DNA from: Pyrinomonadaceae bacterium
GTDB lineage: Bacteria; Acidobacteriota; Blastocatellia; Pyrinomonadales; Pyrinomonadaceae
Length of the DNA: 53,537 bases
Assembly: GCA_040005335.1 (NCBI GenBank)
Contig: JBDTZD010000312.1
Location: 1 to 53,537 of the forward strand
Direction: 5' to 3'
The position numbers and the translations under genes were made by a program. Below, piece by piece: positions 44,872 to 53,537 of this stretch. Positions within the stretch are counted from its first letter, which is position 1; the number at the start of each line of letters is the position of its first letter. The notes beneath the pieces are model-generated. The model was not told the DNA's origin, searched no databases, and saw nothing but the letters and a program-made list of their open reading frames with translations.

Positions 44872-45957
44872 ATGACCAAAAGAATATTCAATTTTAGCGC
44901 AGGTCCAGCCGTTTTGCCGACAGAAGTTTTAGAAAAGGCGCAAGCCGAATTGCTCTCCTTGCAAGGCATCGGAATGTCTGTCATGGAAATTAGCCACCGT
45001 TCTGAAATTTTTGAAAAAATTAATCATGATGCTCAGCAGGGCATTAAAGATTTACTTGGTCTGCCTGCGAATTATCAAGTTTTGTTTCTGCAAGGGGGCG
45101 CAACTTTTCAGTTTTTGATGATTCCGCTTAACTTTCTGTCAAAGGAGACAAGTGCGGATTACGTTGTTACAGGAACGTGGGGCGAAAAAGCAGTCGCCGA
45201 AGCAAAACGCTGCGGGACGGCTCACACAATTTTTTCGACCAAAGAAAGTGGATTTAAATCAACACCAATACAAAACGAGCTTAAATTTAACCAAACCGCC
45301 GCTTATGTGCATTACACCTCAAATGAAACTATCGAAGGTGTGGAATTCAAATATGATTTGGACGCCGGTAAAATTCCACTGATTTGCGACGCTTCTTCAA
45401 ATATTTTGTCAAAGCCAATTGATGTTTCAAAATACGCGATGATTTACGCCGGAGCGCAGAAAAACCTCGGACCGTCAGGCGTCACAGTCGTCATTATCCG
45501 CGATGATTTGCTCGAAAAAGTCCCGGAAAATCAGTTCGCAATGCTTGATTACAAAATTTTTGCCAAAAACAATTCAATGCTTAATACGCCGAATACCTGG
45601 GGGATTTATCTCATCAATTTAGTCTGTAATTGGATCAAGGAAAAAGGCGGGCTAGTCAAGATGCAAGAGCGAAATGAAGCCAAAGCCAAAGTTTTGTATG
45701 ACGCGCTTGATGCCAGCAATTTTTATCAAGCTCACGCCGACCAGGCGGCGCGCTCGACGATGAATGTCACTTTTCGCTTGCCTTCAGAAGAATTGGAGAA
45801 AAAGTTTTGCGCCGCTGCCACTGAAATTGGCTTGGATAATTTGAAAGGGCATCGCAGCGTGGGCGGCATCCGCGCTTCGATTTATAACGCTTTTCCGCTG
45901 GCAGGCGTAGAGAAACTGGTCGAATTTATGCACGATTTTGAGCAGCAAAACGGCTAA
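44872..45957 (+). CDS. serC: 3-phosphoserine/phosphohydroxythreonine aminotransferase
   Basis: FNFSAGPAVLP N-terminus. YAGAQKNLGPSG carrying the PLP Lys. GGIRASIYNA. Confidence 0.95.
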   Translation: MTKRIFNFSAGPAVLPTEVLEKAQAELLSLQGIGMSVMEISHRSEIFEKINHDAQQGIKDLLGLPANYQVLFLQGGATFQFLMIPLNFLSKETSADYVVTGTWGEKAVAEAKRCGTAHTIFSTKESGFKSTPIQNELKFNQTAAYVHYTSNETIEGVEFKYDLDAGKIPLICDASSNILSKPIDVSKYAMIYAGAQKNLGPSGVTVVIIRDDLLEKVPENQFAMLDYKIFAKNNSMLNTPNTWGIYLINLVCNWIKEKGGLVKMQERNEAKAKVLYDALDASNFYQAHADQAARSTMNVTFRLPSEELEKKFCAAATEIGLDNLKGHRSVGGIRASIYNAFPLAGVEKLVEFMHDFEQQNG

Positions 45958-45963
45958 TTGACT

Positions 45964-46515
45964 TTAATTTCCCGCTTCAATTTTTGTTCGCGCGGTGCGG
46001 ACGGTTTCATCAAAAAGTTTTTCCAAATCGGCGTTGCTGTTGCGGAGTCCGGCATTAATAACCCGCTCGCCCCACGCCAGATATTCAAGTTTTCGCTTCT
46101 TGCTCCAGTCGGCAGGTGGATCATTACCGATTTCGCGGATATTACTAATTTTATCGGACAATTTAACTTGTTTTGCTTCAACCGAAAGATGGGGCGCGTG
46201 TTCGACTTGCTTCTCTTTACGCTCAGCCTTAGGCAAGCTTTTGTCGTCGGTGACTTCGGCGACAATTTCGCGTACCCGTCTCCCAAACATGGCTTCAATT
46301 TCTTCGGGCTTAGTGTCGGTGTCCTCAACCGTATCGTGCAAAACGGCGGCGAGCAAAACGTTTAAATCGTTTACTTTTCCAACCCGAACAAGTTGTTCGC
46401 AAACCTCAAGTGGGTGATTAATATATGGGACTTCGTGAGTGCCTTTGCGCCTTTGATTTCGATGTTTGTCGGCAGCAAACTTCACAGCTTGCAACAATTT
46501 TGCTAAATCATTCAT
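45964..46515 (-). CDS. Mesh1/HDDC3-type HD-domain (p)ppGpp 3'-pyrophosphohydrolase (small alarmone hydrolase)
   Basis: FAADKHRNQRRKG...PYINHPLEV...LLAAVLHDTVEDTDT...VTDDKSLPKAERKEKQVEHAP...KLSDKISN aligns closely with animal MESH1 as I remember it. Confidence 0.8.
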   Translation of the reverse strand: MNDLAKLLQAVKFAADKHRNQRRKGTHEVPYINHPLEVCEQLVRVGKVNDLNVLLAAVLHDTVEDTDTKPEEIEAMFGRRVREIVAEVTDDKSLPKAERKEKQVEHAPHLSVEAKQVKLSDKISNIREIGNDPPADWSKKRKLEYLAWGERVINAGLRNSNADLEKLFDETVRTARTKIEAGN

Positions 46516-46527
46516 AAAATTTACAAA

Positions 46528-46586
46528 GATAAACAGGATAGACAAGATAAAGATTTTAATCTTCTATCATGTTTATCCTGTTCATC
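46528..46586. repeat. Imperfect intercistronic hairpin of GATA-containing short repeats
   Basis: gataaacaggatagacaagataaag pairs with cttctatcatgtttatcctgttcatc, with a few mismatches and an 8-nt loop. Confidence 0.55.
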
Positions 46587-46608
46587 TTGTTTGAATTTTT
46601 CTTTATTT

Positions 46609-48477
46609 TTACCGAACAACTTCAATACTTAAAACCTGTTGTCCCGCGATGACGAATTCGGCTGGTGCGAGTTCCTGCTCAAAAATTGGCGAAAGAATTG
46701 TTGGCGTCACCCCGCCGACCGAGCGGTCGTTATTTAAAGTCGCAAGCATCGAAGGCGGCAAGTTCGGCATTTCGCTAGAACCGATAATCGCGCCGTTGGT
46801 AACCCGCGTTACTTGTAGATAAAGACGGTCACTCTTTTTAACTTGATTAATGACATTTACCATTTCAGCAACATTTTTCGGCGTAAACGATTTGGAAGGC
46901 GCAACTTGTTGGAGCGATGCGCCATCTCCGACGTAAACTAAATAAGTCCCGGCGGGGGTGTCAGCCGGAATTTGAACTGGAATCCGCTGCGCGAACATTC
47001 TGCCGGCGTCGGTTCTAACATATGCTTGTGCTTCAAACATTTCTCCGGCTTTGACTTCTGCTTTATCAAGAGCGAGGCGTTCGAGCGTCGCGACTTTCTT
47101 CCCGTCAACCGAGACAACATCAATTTTGACATTATTAATTTCCGCATCGCCAAAACCCGAAAGCAACGCGCCGGTCGGAGCGGCAACTGATCCGGCGGCA
47201 AAAACCGGCGCGTTAGCGGCAGAAAAGCGCCGTTCGATATTTATCGCGGGCGCACCTTTGACGTTGATCTGACCATGCAGCGAGATTGTTGAATCTCCAA
47301 GTGCTCTTTCGGTCGCCGTAATTGAATTGAAAACCGTGATGTTAAGCAGCAGCGGGGTTAGAAACGGATCGTTGACAACTTCAAATTTATAGCTTTGTTT
47401 TTGGTTACGGCTTGTTTGAATGTTAATTTCGACCGGAATCATTCGAGCTTGCTCGCCGAGTTTGCCCATAATTCCGGTTTGCCTATCCTGCGCCAGAACT
47501 CCTACCATCGCTTCCGGAACGGCCAGCTTAAAGGAATTATTGGCATTAGGAACAACAGTCAGAACAGAAGATTCTAACAAAGGCATATTTGCCGAACCTA
47601 GATTCAAAAACTGGTGACCGAAAGCATACACCTTTTCGCCGTCACGATAAGTAACCGTTCCTGCTGCGGCTAGACTGTAATCGCCGCGCGCCAGAGCGAC
47701 TGAAACCGAATCACCGGGTTGTAAGGTCTTATCATCATATTTTTTGAGCGACGTAATTTCCGCAGCCGCGCCTGCCGCAGCAACCGGCAGCAATCCACTG
47801 GCGACAAGTTGGGGCGAAAATTGATTTAGACTGGCTTGATTGATTCCGCTGAAAACGAGCGGCGTAGCAATCGGAGCAAACTGCTGACCGAGCAACCCGA
47901 TGAGGGGCGAGCCTTGCGGAACGTTTGCCAAAAAAGGCGCACCCGAAATGGCAGGCTGCGGTAAACTCGATTTAAAATCTGCGGCAGCAAGTTCAGTAAA
48001 AGAAAATGTCTTCGACTCGACTTCGGTGCGTCCCAGAGGAGCTGAATTTTGCTCGACGTTTTGAATCATGCTTTGAATCGGGGTAATTCCGGCAATCGGT
48101 TCCTTAGAAAACGGAAAGCTGAATGAGATTGCGCCAACCAGTTTGCCGTCAATATAAACAGGTGAGCCGCTCATTCCGGCAAAAACTCCGGTTCGTTCAG
48201 CATTGGCGCCGTGCAGTCTGCCGATAATTGCAGGTTGTTTGGGTCCTATGAAACCGGGCAGAACGCCTAGTATTTCGACTTCAAACTCTTCTGGTTCAGT
48301 TCCGGCGAAAACGGTTTTGGCGACGCCGCGTTGACCGGCTTTAATTTCCGACAAAGGAAAAAACGGCGCACTTTGATTTGCCGAAGCGTCGCTTTTCGGC
48401 GAGCGGGGTTGAGCCCAAACATTGCCCGCAACGCCTAACGCGAGGGCAAACGCCAATCCAAAAATTCTTGTTTTCAT
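46609..48477 (-). CDS. Secreted serine peptidase, SpoIVB/S55-like catalytic domain
   Basis: Signal peptide MKTRIFGLAFALALGVAGNVWAQ. GMSGSPVYIDGKLVGAISFSF resembles the S55 Ser motif. Confidence 0.55.
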   Translation of the reverse strand: MKTRIFGLAFALALGVAGNVWAQPRSPKSDASANQSAPFFPLSEIKAGQRGVAKTVFAGTEPEEFEVEILGVLPGFIGPKQPAIIGRLHGANAERTGVFAGMSGSPVYIDGKLVGAISFSFPFSKEPIAGITPIQSMIQNVEQNSAPLGRTEVESKTFSFTELAAADFKSSLPQPAISGAPFLANVPQGSPLIGLLGQQFAPIATPLVFSGINQASLNQFSPQLVASGLLPVAAAGAAAEITSLKKYDDKTLQPGDSVSVALARGDYSLAAAGTVTYRDGEKVYAFGHQFLNLGSANMPLLESSVLTVVPNANNSFKLAVPEAMVGVLAQDRQTGIMGKLGEQARMIPVEINIQTSRNQKQSYKFEVVNDPFLTPLLLNITVFNSITATERALGDSTISLHGQINVKGAPAINIERRFSAANAPVFAAGSVAAPTGALLSGFGDAEINNVKIDVVSVDGKKVATLERLALDKAEVKAGEMFEAQAYVRTDAGRMFAQRIPVQIPADTPAGTYLVYVGDGASLQQVAPSKSFTPKNVAEMVNVINQVKKSDRLYLQVTRVTNGAIIGSSEMPNLPPSMLATLNNDRSVGGVTPTILSPIFEQELAPAEFVIAGQQVLSIEVVR

Positions 48478-48684
48478 AATACTTGTTAAAAAAATTTTGA
48501 CACAAACTAACAATTTTTCATTATAACTCTTTTCGTTAGTTGGTAGGCATGGTAACATAAACGCAAATTTAGTGCTGACCGAACTCGGTTACAGCTCACC
48601 GCAAATTATAAAGCAACAAATTAGACACGCGACACAGCCCAAAAGTTGCGTTAAATCTCGAAAATCTCGTTTTCATAAAACACA

Positions 48685-49662
48685 ATGCGAATATCAATTT
48701 GGCGTAAACTACTTGGAAGTTTGTTAAAACTGATGCTTCCGGCAATTTTGTTGATTATTTTAGCGACGGTTGCCGGAACCGTTTGGTTAATTCATTTAAC
48801 TACGGAAGAGCCGCCCCGCGTAGCCTATCTGATTACCCCGGCGCGTTTTAAGGAAATTACCAATAGCGGCAGGCAGTTTACCGAAGAAACCTGGGATAAC
48901 AAGGACAAGACGAGTTCGCGCGGGTGGCTGATGCGCGGGACGCCCGGCGCGCCCGCCGTCATTTTGCTGCATCGTTATGGAGCGGATCGTTCTTGGCTGT
49001 TGAATCTAGGAATAAAGCTTAACGGCGCTACAAATTTTACCGTCTTAATTCCAGATTTGCGCGGACATGGAGAAAAACCAACAGTCAAATATACTTCGCT
49101 CGGCGGCTGCGAGGCTGATGATTTAATTGGTTCGCTTGGTTTTCTGCGCGCTCAAAAAAGCGAAAAAGGCGAAAACCTGGTCGGACCAAAAGTCGGAATT
49201 TACGGAGTCGAAATCGGAGCTATTGCAGCGATGATGGGTGCGGCGAATTCCAGCGATGTCCAGGCACTCGCGCTCGATTCAGTTCCGGCTTCTACGGGGG
49301 ACGTTTTGCAAACGCTCGTCAGTTCGCGGACAGCATTTGCCGCGGCAGCAATCGGGCCACTCGCTATTACCGCTGCCCCGCTTTATTTTATGCGCGGCTG
49401 TTATAAAGATACTCCGCTTTGCGAAACAGCAGCAGCCTTAAGTAATCGGAAAATCTTGTTGTTAGCGGGCAAGGACGCTCCGCACTGGCAGGAATCAACC
49501 ATCGCTCTGGCAAGCTGTTTTGGCGGCGGGGCAAACGTGGAAAAGAAAACTGATTTACAGCCGTCCGGCTACAATTTGATTCAGTCCGCCACGCCTGAAC
49601 AGCAGGAAGCCTACAACAAAATGGTTATAGATTTCTTTCGACAGGCATTAGCGGGAGGTTAA
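48685..49662 (+). CDS. Membrane-anchored alpha/beta-hydrolase-fold protein lacking a GxSxG elbow
   Basis: N-terminal TM segment. ILLHRYGADRS. The expected elbow position reads GVEIG. Confidence 0.55.
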   Translation: MRISIWRKLLGSLLKLMLPAILLIILATVAGTVWLIHLTTEEPPRVAYLITPARFKEITNSGRQFTEETWDNKDKTSSRGWLMRGTPGAPAVILLHRYGADRSWLLNLGIKLNGATNFTVLIPDLRGHGEKPTVKYTSLGGCEADDLIGSLGFLRAQKSEKGENLVGPKVGIYGVEIGAIAAMMGAANSSDVQALALDSVPASTGDVLQTLVSSRTAFAAAAIGPLAITAAPLYFMRGCYKDTPLCETAAALSNRKILLLAGKDAPHWQESTIALASCFGGGANVEKKTDLQPSGYNLIQSATPEQQEAYNKMVIDFFRQALAGG

Positions 49663-49734
49663 CGTTTTAACCGTTAAATTTCTAAATACTACTCAATACG
49701 CGAGCGTCCTCTAGGGCGATTATGCTTTAAACTT

Positions 49735-51330
49735 TTATAACGAAAGCTGTCGCAGTTCGCGCTTCAAAATTTTACCGGTAGCGCCAATTGGCAGGCTATC
49801 GCAAAATTCAATGTGGCGCGGATATTTATTAGCTGCAAATTGTTCTTTACACCAAAGAGCCATTTCGTCAACGGTTAAATTGGCATCTGGTTTTTTAACG
49901 ATAAAAGCTTTGACTTCTTCGCCCAGCCGTTCGTCGGCGACGCCAATCACCGCTGCCAGTGAAACCGCCGGATGGGTCATAATAACTTCTTCCAGTTCGC
50001 GCGGATAAACGTTGTACCCGCCGCGCAGAATCATATCCTTTTTGCGGTCAACAACTGATAAATAGCCATCCATATCAAACATTCCAATGTCACCGGTGTG
50101 AAACCAACCGTTTTTCAAGGCTTCCTCTGTTTCTTGAGGGCGATTGTAATATCCTTTCATCACATTGTGACCGCGGATCACTATTTCACCTCTTTCTCCG
50201 CTCGCAACTTTCTTATCTTCATCATTTACGCAATTAATTTCCACTCCAAACAAAGGCTGACCCACAGTGCCGGGTTTGGAAGGGCGTTCGGGATGATTGA
50301 AACAAGCGACGGGCGCAGTTTCGGACAATCCGTATCCTTCCAAAACGCGGACCCCAAAAGTTTTTTCAAAAGCTTTCATAACTTCCACCGGCATTGGCGC
50401 ACCGCCCGAACTGCAAACGCGAAGGCTTTTGGCAATTGCTGAAACGTCAGCGCCGGAGTCTTCGACATGCCTCAGCAAAGCCCAAAACATTGTCGGAACG
50501 GCTGTCCAAAAATTTACTTTCTCGCGGATCATCGCGTCCAAAACCGTTTGCGGTTCAAAACGCGGTAGCAAAACGATTTGAAAGCCTTGATAAAAAGCGA
50601 CGTTCATTTGTGCCGTTTGTCCGGTTGAGTGAAAAAGCGGCAGTGTGATTAGCAAGGAATTTTCGGCGGCAGCGGAAAAATCTATTTCCGGCAAATATAT
50701 ATCTCGCGAAATCATCGCGTTGAGCAGCATATTTGAATGCGTCAGCTCTGCTCCCTTGGGTTGTCCCGTTGTGCCGGAAGTGTAGAGGATAACGGCGGTA
50801 TCTTCGGACTTGGTCGGATAAGTTTCAAATTGGTCGGAGGCGGGAAACATCAGCTGCGCCAGCGTTATTGAATTTTCAATATCACTGATTTGAGACATAG
50901 GGTTGACCATCATGGTAATAAAATGCTGGCAAGTCTCAACTTCATCAAATCCGGCTTTGACCATTTGCGCGAGCGGCAGTTCGGGTGTTCCTTCAAAACA
51001 AAAAACCGCTTTGGCATCGCTATCCTTCAGATGATAAGCGACTTCGCGCGGTTTAAATAAAATATTAAGCGGAACGACGACCGCACCAGCCTTCAAAATC
51101 CCAAAATATACCATTGGAAAGTAAGGCAAATTCGGGCACGAGAGAGCGATTTTATCACCCGGCGCAATTCCGATTTCGCATAATCCATTAGCGATTCTGT
51201 TGGCATAATCATTAAGTTGTTTGTAGCTCAGGCGGGTTTCGTTCCAGATGACAGCCAGTTTGTCCGGCTGTTGCCGAGCCTGACGTTCAATTAACATTGA
51301 TAGGTTAAGAGTGGTTGCGCCGCCTTGCAT
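49735..51330 (-). CDS. Long-chain acyl-CoA synthetase (AMP-forming ligase family)
   Basis: LYTSGTTGQPKGA and GWFHTGDIG motifs, and a C-terminal GKILKRELR. Confidence 0.9.
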   Translation of the reverse strand: MQGGATTLNLSMLIERQARQQPDKLAVIWNETRLSYKQLNDYANRIANGLCEIGIAPGDKIALSCPNLPYFPMVYFGILKAGAVVVPLNILFKPREVAYHLKDSDAKAVFCFEGTPELPLAQMVKAGFDEVETCQHFITMMVNPMSQISDIENSITLAQLMFPASDQFETYPTKSEDTAVILYTSGTTGQPKGAELTHSNMLLNAMISRDIYLPEIDFSAAAENSLLITLPLFHSTGQTAQMNVAFYQGFQIVLLPRFEPQTVLDAMIREKVNFWTAVPTMFWALLRHVEDSGADVSAIAKSLRVCSSGGAPMPVEVMKAFEKTFGVRVLEGYGLSETAPVACFNHPERPSKPGTVGQPLFGVEINCVNDEDKKVASGERGEIVIRGHNVMKGYYNRPQETEEALKNGWFHTGDIGMFDMDGYLSVVDRKKDMILRGGYNVYPRELEEVIMTHPAVSLAAVIGVADERLGEEVKAFIVKKPDANLTVDEMALWCKEQFAANKYPRHIEFCDSLPIGATGKILKRELRQLSL

Positions 51331-51410
51331 TTTGTTTTCCCTTTTATCCGTTTACGATTTTGTGAGATTACAACAAATTTTTAACTGATTTTACGTCTAA
51401 AGTCCAAAGG

Positions 51411-51447
51411 AAAAGCCCAAAGTTCTAATAAACGACTTTGGGCTTTT
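51411..51447. repeat. Intercistronic hairpin (GCCCAAAG-type)
   Basis: aaaagcccaaagt-tctaataaacg-actttgggctttt. Its loop-flanking bases resemble those of the 41486 element (caaagttc...aaacgactttg). Confidence 0.65.
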
Positions 51448-51468
51448 ATCTTAAGAATTAACAGAAAA

Positions 51469-53196
51469 TTACCAACGAATTGGGCGGATATCCGGTCCGA
51501 CAACGTGCGAACCGGACAGAAAAAATTTTCCGTTGCCGTCGGGATCGCTGAGGCTCGCACCGTCAGAGTGAATAAAATGAGCTCCATACCAAACGACCGA
51601 ATCTTGATTCACTAAAGATTCGCCGTTTAGAAACTGAGCAATCTGAATATAGGCGGTTGAACAAGTCGTACAATTAACACCGTCATCAATTTCGTTTTGG
51701 AAAGACGTTCCGCCAACCACATTTTTATATTTTAAAAGCCAGAAATCGCCCTTCCCAAACGTATCGGCTACGCCATCGGTCAAGTTAGGAACGAGCATAT
51801 AGGCCTCGTCTCCCGTCGCGTTTTGCACGACGATGCTGCGGTTTGTCTGATAACTGCGTGAAATGGCGGCTTCGGTCGTCACCGGAGTCAGAAATTTACG
51901 TCCGCGCTCGGCGATAAAAACGTTGTTATTGGCGTTGACAATATCAAAATCGAAGCGCCAGTAAACATGGTGGTTGTGAACAAAACAAACGCAGCTATCA
52001 TCGGTTGCGCCGAACCCATAGCGCGGTCGAATGGTACCGTCGTTGGCTAATCTCCATTCCATCAAATAGCGATACCAACCGGCTTGCATTTCAGTCACTA
52101 AAACTGTTTCGTTGTCTTGCGTATAAACGGCCACGCCGCGAAAGTCACCGGTATCAGTACCGCTTTCAAGAACGGTCTTTGCCACCGACCCCGGTGGTAA
52201 GATCCGAATTCCTGGAGCGGGATCAGTAGAGCCGGCAGCGGTTTGAAACATATCTTCCTGATACTGCCAATCTCGGTACGGTCCGCACTGACCACCCATG
52301 TATTGAACGTTCAAAATCGGCGAATGAGCGCGTTTTAAAACCATTTTCCCGCGATATTTGAGATCGCGCAGTTCGATTCCAGACTTACGACTGCCGCTCG
52401 ATGCCGACGGACGAATTACTAGCATTTCCCAGAGCGTCGTCCCGTTTTGCGAGACCGTCATTTGATATTGTCCCGCTGTCCCGCTTCCTGTCGTACTTTG
52501 TCCAGAGTCTGGAACTCCGCAGGCTGTCGGCGTAGCCATCGATGTCGGGGGTGCATGACTTGGATAACGAATAACTTTTTCGTTTTTAAGACTAACGCTG
52601 ACTACTTCGTTAGCGGTCGAATTGTCAAGAGAACTTAGACCGACGTTGATTAATCGTTCGTTGTTATCTTCAGAAACGGTAATCGGCGGCATCGCCTGAA
52701 AAGTTTTTAATGTATTCGATTTCAAAGCTGTTCCGAATTCCGAGTTTTGCTGCAAGATTTGCACGGCGTAATCAAACTCTTCGACGCTGGCGTCAGGTTT
52801 GCTCGCATCTTCAAAAACGCGCACATCTTCGGGTTGGCTAAGATCGCCTTCGGCAACAAGTGTTCGCTCGTTGGTATAATCGTAAAAAATGATGCGAAAT
52901 CTTTGCGGTGCGAAAATGCCGCTCGTCGCTTTATCATTGGTTTCGAGATAGCCAAATGAAATTAAACGATAACTGGCTCCATTAAGCTCATTTTGAACCG
53001 TCGCGCTTCGTTCTGTTCGCTCTTTCAGCTTATCCAGTTCTTCCGGCGACATTCCAACCGGGACAATCTTAATGTCAACGGGCTTTTCGGCTCTCGCTCG
53101 ACGTTTGTTGGTGGTTGTTCCACCAGCGAAAACAAGGCTAGTTGTCAGCATCACGAAGCTGAAAGTGATAAATGCAGAAAAAAATCTTTTGAACAT
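51469..53196 (-). CDS. Secreted copper-amine-oxidase-like protein (divergent catalytic domain)
   Basis: GGGAGG RBS. Signal peptide MFKRFFSAFITFSFVMLTTSLVFAGG. AGWYRYLMEWRLANDGTIRPRYGFGA, HNHHVYWRFDFDI and VVWYGAHFIHSDG align by eye with the CuAO TPQ, HxH and third-His regions. Confidence 0.5.
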   Translation of the reverse strand: MFKRFFSAFITFSFVMLTTSLVFAGGTTTNKRRARAEKPVDIKIVPVGMSPEELDKLKERTERSATVQNELNGASYRLISFGYLETNDKATSGIFAPQRFRIIFYDYTNERTLVAEGDLSQPEDVRVFEDASKPDASVEEFDYAVQILQQNSEFGTALKSNTLKTFQAMPPITVSEDNNERLINVGLSSLDNSTANEVVSVSLKNEKVIRYPSHAPPTSMATPTACGVPDSGQSTTGSGTAGQYQMTVSQNGTTLWEMLVIRPSASSGSRKSGIELRDLKYRGKMVLKRAHSPILNVQYMGGQCGPYRDWQYQEDMFQTAAGSTDPAPGIRILPPGSVAKTVLESGTDTGDFRGVAVYTQDNETVLVTEMQAGWYRYLMEWRLANDGTIRPRYGFGATDDSCVCFVHNHHVYWRFDFDIVNANNNVFIAERGRKFLTPVTTEAAISRSYQTNRSIVVQNATGDEAYMLVPNLTDGVADTFGKGDFWLLKYKNVVGGTSFQNEIDDGVNCTTCSTAYIQIAQFLNGESLVNQDSVVWYGAHFIHSDGASLSDPDGNGKFFLSGSHVVGPDIRPIRW

Positions 53197-53319
53197 ATTC
53201 CTCCCTAAAATCCTGATTTTCCAGTTAGTCCCAATAAAAGGATAAAAATCCAAAGTCGAAAATTAATCTGTCAGATCTTTCTGATTTTGGATTTTCTTCT
53301 CTAAATTCAATGCGTTAAT

Positions 53320-53537
53320 TTACCAGCGAATCGGCCGAATGTCAGGTCCGACGACGTGTGAGCCGGAAATTACAAATTTACCGCTCCGGTCTGGATTAAG
53401 CAAATTTGAGCCGTCTGAGTGAACGTAATGCGCCCCGTACCAAACGACCAAATCTTGATTGACGAGCGATTCATTGTTGATCCAAGGGTTTAAGTTAATT
53501 GCCGTGCTGGTGTTGGGATCGTCGAGTTCTCCGGGTT
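53320..53537 (-). CDS. Tandem paralog of the 51469..53196 protein; 5' part lies beyond the right edge (partial)
   Basis: Not in the track. Reverse translation by hand gives ...ESLVNQDLVVWYGAHYVHSDGSNLLNPDRSGKFVISGSHVVGPDIRPIRW*, near-identical in its tail to ...ESLVNQDSVVWYGAHFIHSDG...GSHVVGPDIRPIRW*. Confidence 0.8.
   Translation of the reverse strand, partial: PGELDDPNTSTAINLNPWINNESLVNQDLVVWYGAHYVHSDGSNLLNPDRSGKFVISGSHVVGPDIRPIRW

Noticed and set aside
48497-48527. Possible sigma-70-type promoter (TTGACA, 17-19 nt spacer, ATTATA/TATAAC) upstream of the alpha/beta-hydrolase gene
   Set aside because: The -10 element and spacer are ambiguous, and the promoter consensus for this lineage is unknown. 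This is not strong enough to list as a feature.
1-53537. Search for mobile elements, prophage genes, tRNA/rRNA/tmRNA genes or integration sites
   Set aside because: No transposase, integrase or phage structural motifs were recognised in any ORF, and no tRNA-like T-arm sequences in the non-coding gaps. The stress island has no recognisable flanking direct repeats. This is absence by visual inspection only.

Overview
This is a chromosomal segment of about 48% GC from a Gram-negative bacterium. The gene content suggests an Acidobacteriota-like lineage, but that is inference only. I recognised no rRNA, tRNA, CRISPR array, transposase, integrase or prophage genes.

The left third (1-23.6 kb) is mostly housekeeping: def, pyrE, truA, uppS, pip, tatA, an S9 peptidase, an asparaginase, and a MoxR/DUF4350/DUF4129 cluster.

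The centre (24-44 kb) is the interesting part.
- A two-gene operon pairs an Nramp-family transporter whose metal-site motifs are non-canonical with a soluble, TM-less MgtE_N+CBS sensor-type protein.
- A ~17-kb island holds small general-stress-type proteins: PA2169 family, YggT-like, lmo0937 family, YtxH, a glycine-zipper secreted protein, GlsB/YeaQ/YmgE, YihY, topoisomerase IB, a SWFGD/BON protein with a long disordered region, and DUF883/ElaB.
- That island also encodes an orphan NtrC-type sigma-54 activator. By eye I found five intergenic sigma-54 -24/-12 promoter matches in it, placed in front of these stress genes.
- The island also contains an RND efflux operon with a TetR regulator.

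The right part (44-53.5 kb) has an orphan papain-like cysteine peptidase, serC, a Mesh1-type alarmone hydrolase, an S55-like peptidase, an acyl-CoA synthetase, and two tandem secreted copper-amine-oxidase-like paralogs. The second paralog is truncated by the window edge.

A family of same-strand intercistronic hairpins recurs through the window; the clearest members have arms made of tandem A-rich heptamers.

The supplied ORF track misses three coding regions: a partial 641-codon S9 peptidase at the left edge, a partial paralog at the right edge, and a 49-aa lmo0937-family gene. It also over-extends several N-termini through GTG/TTG starts.
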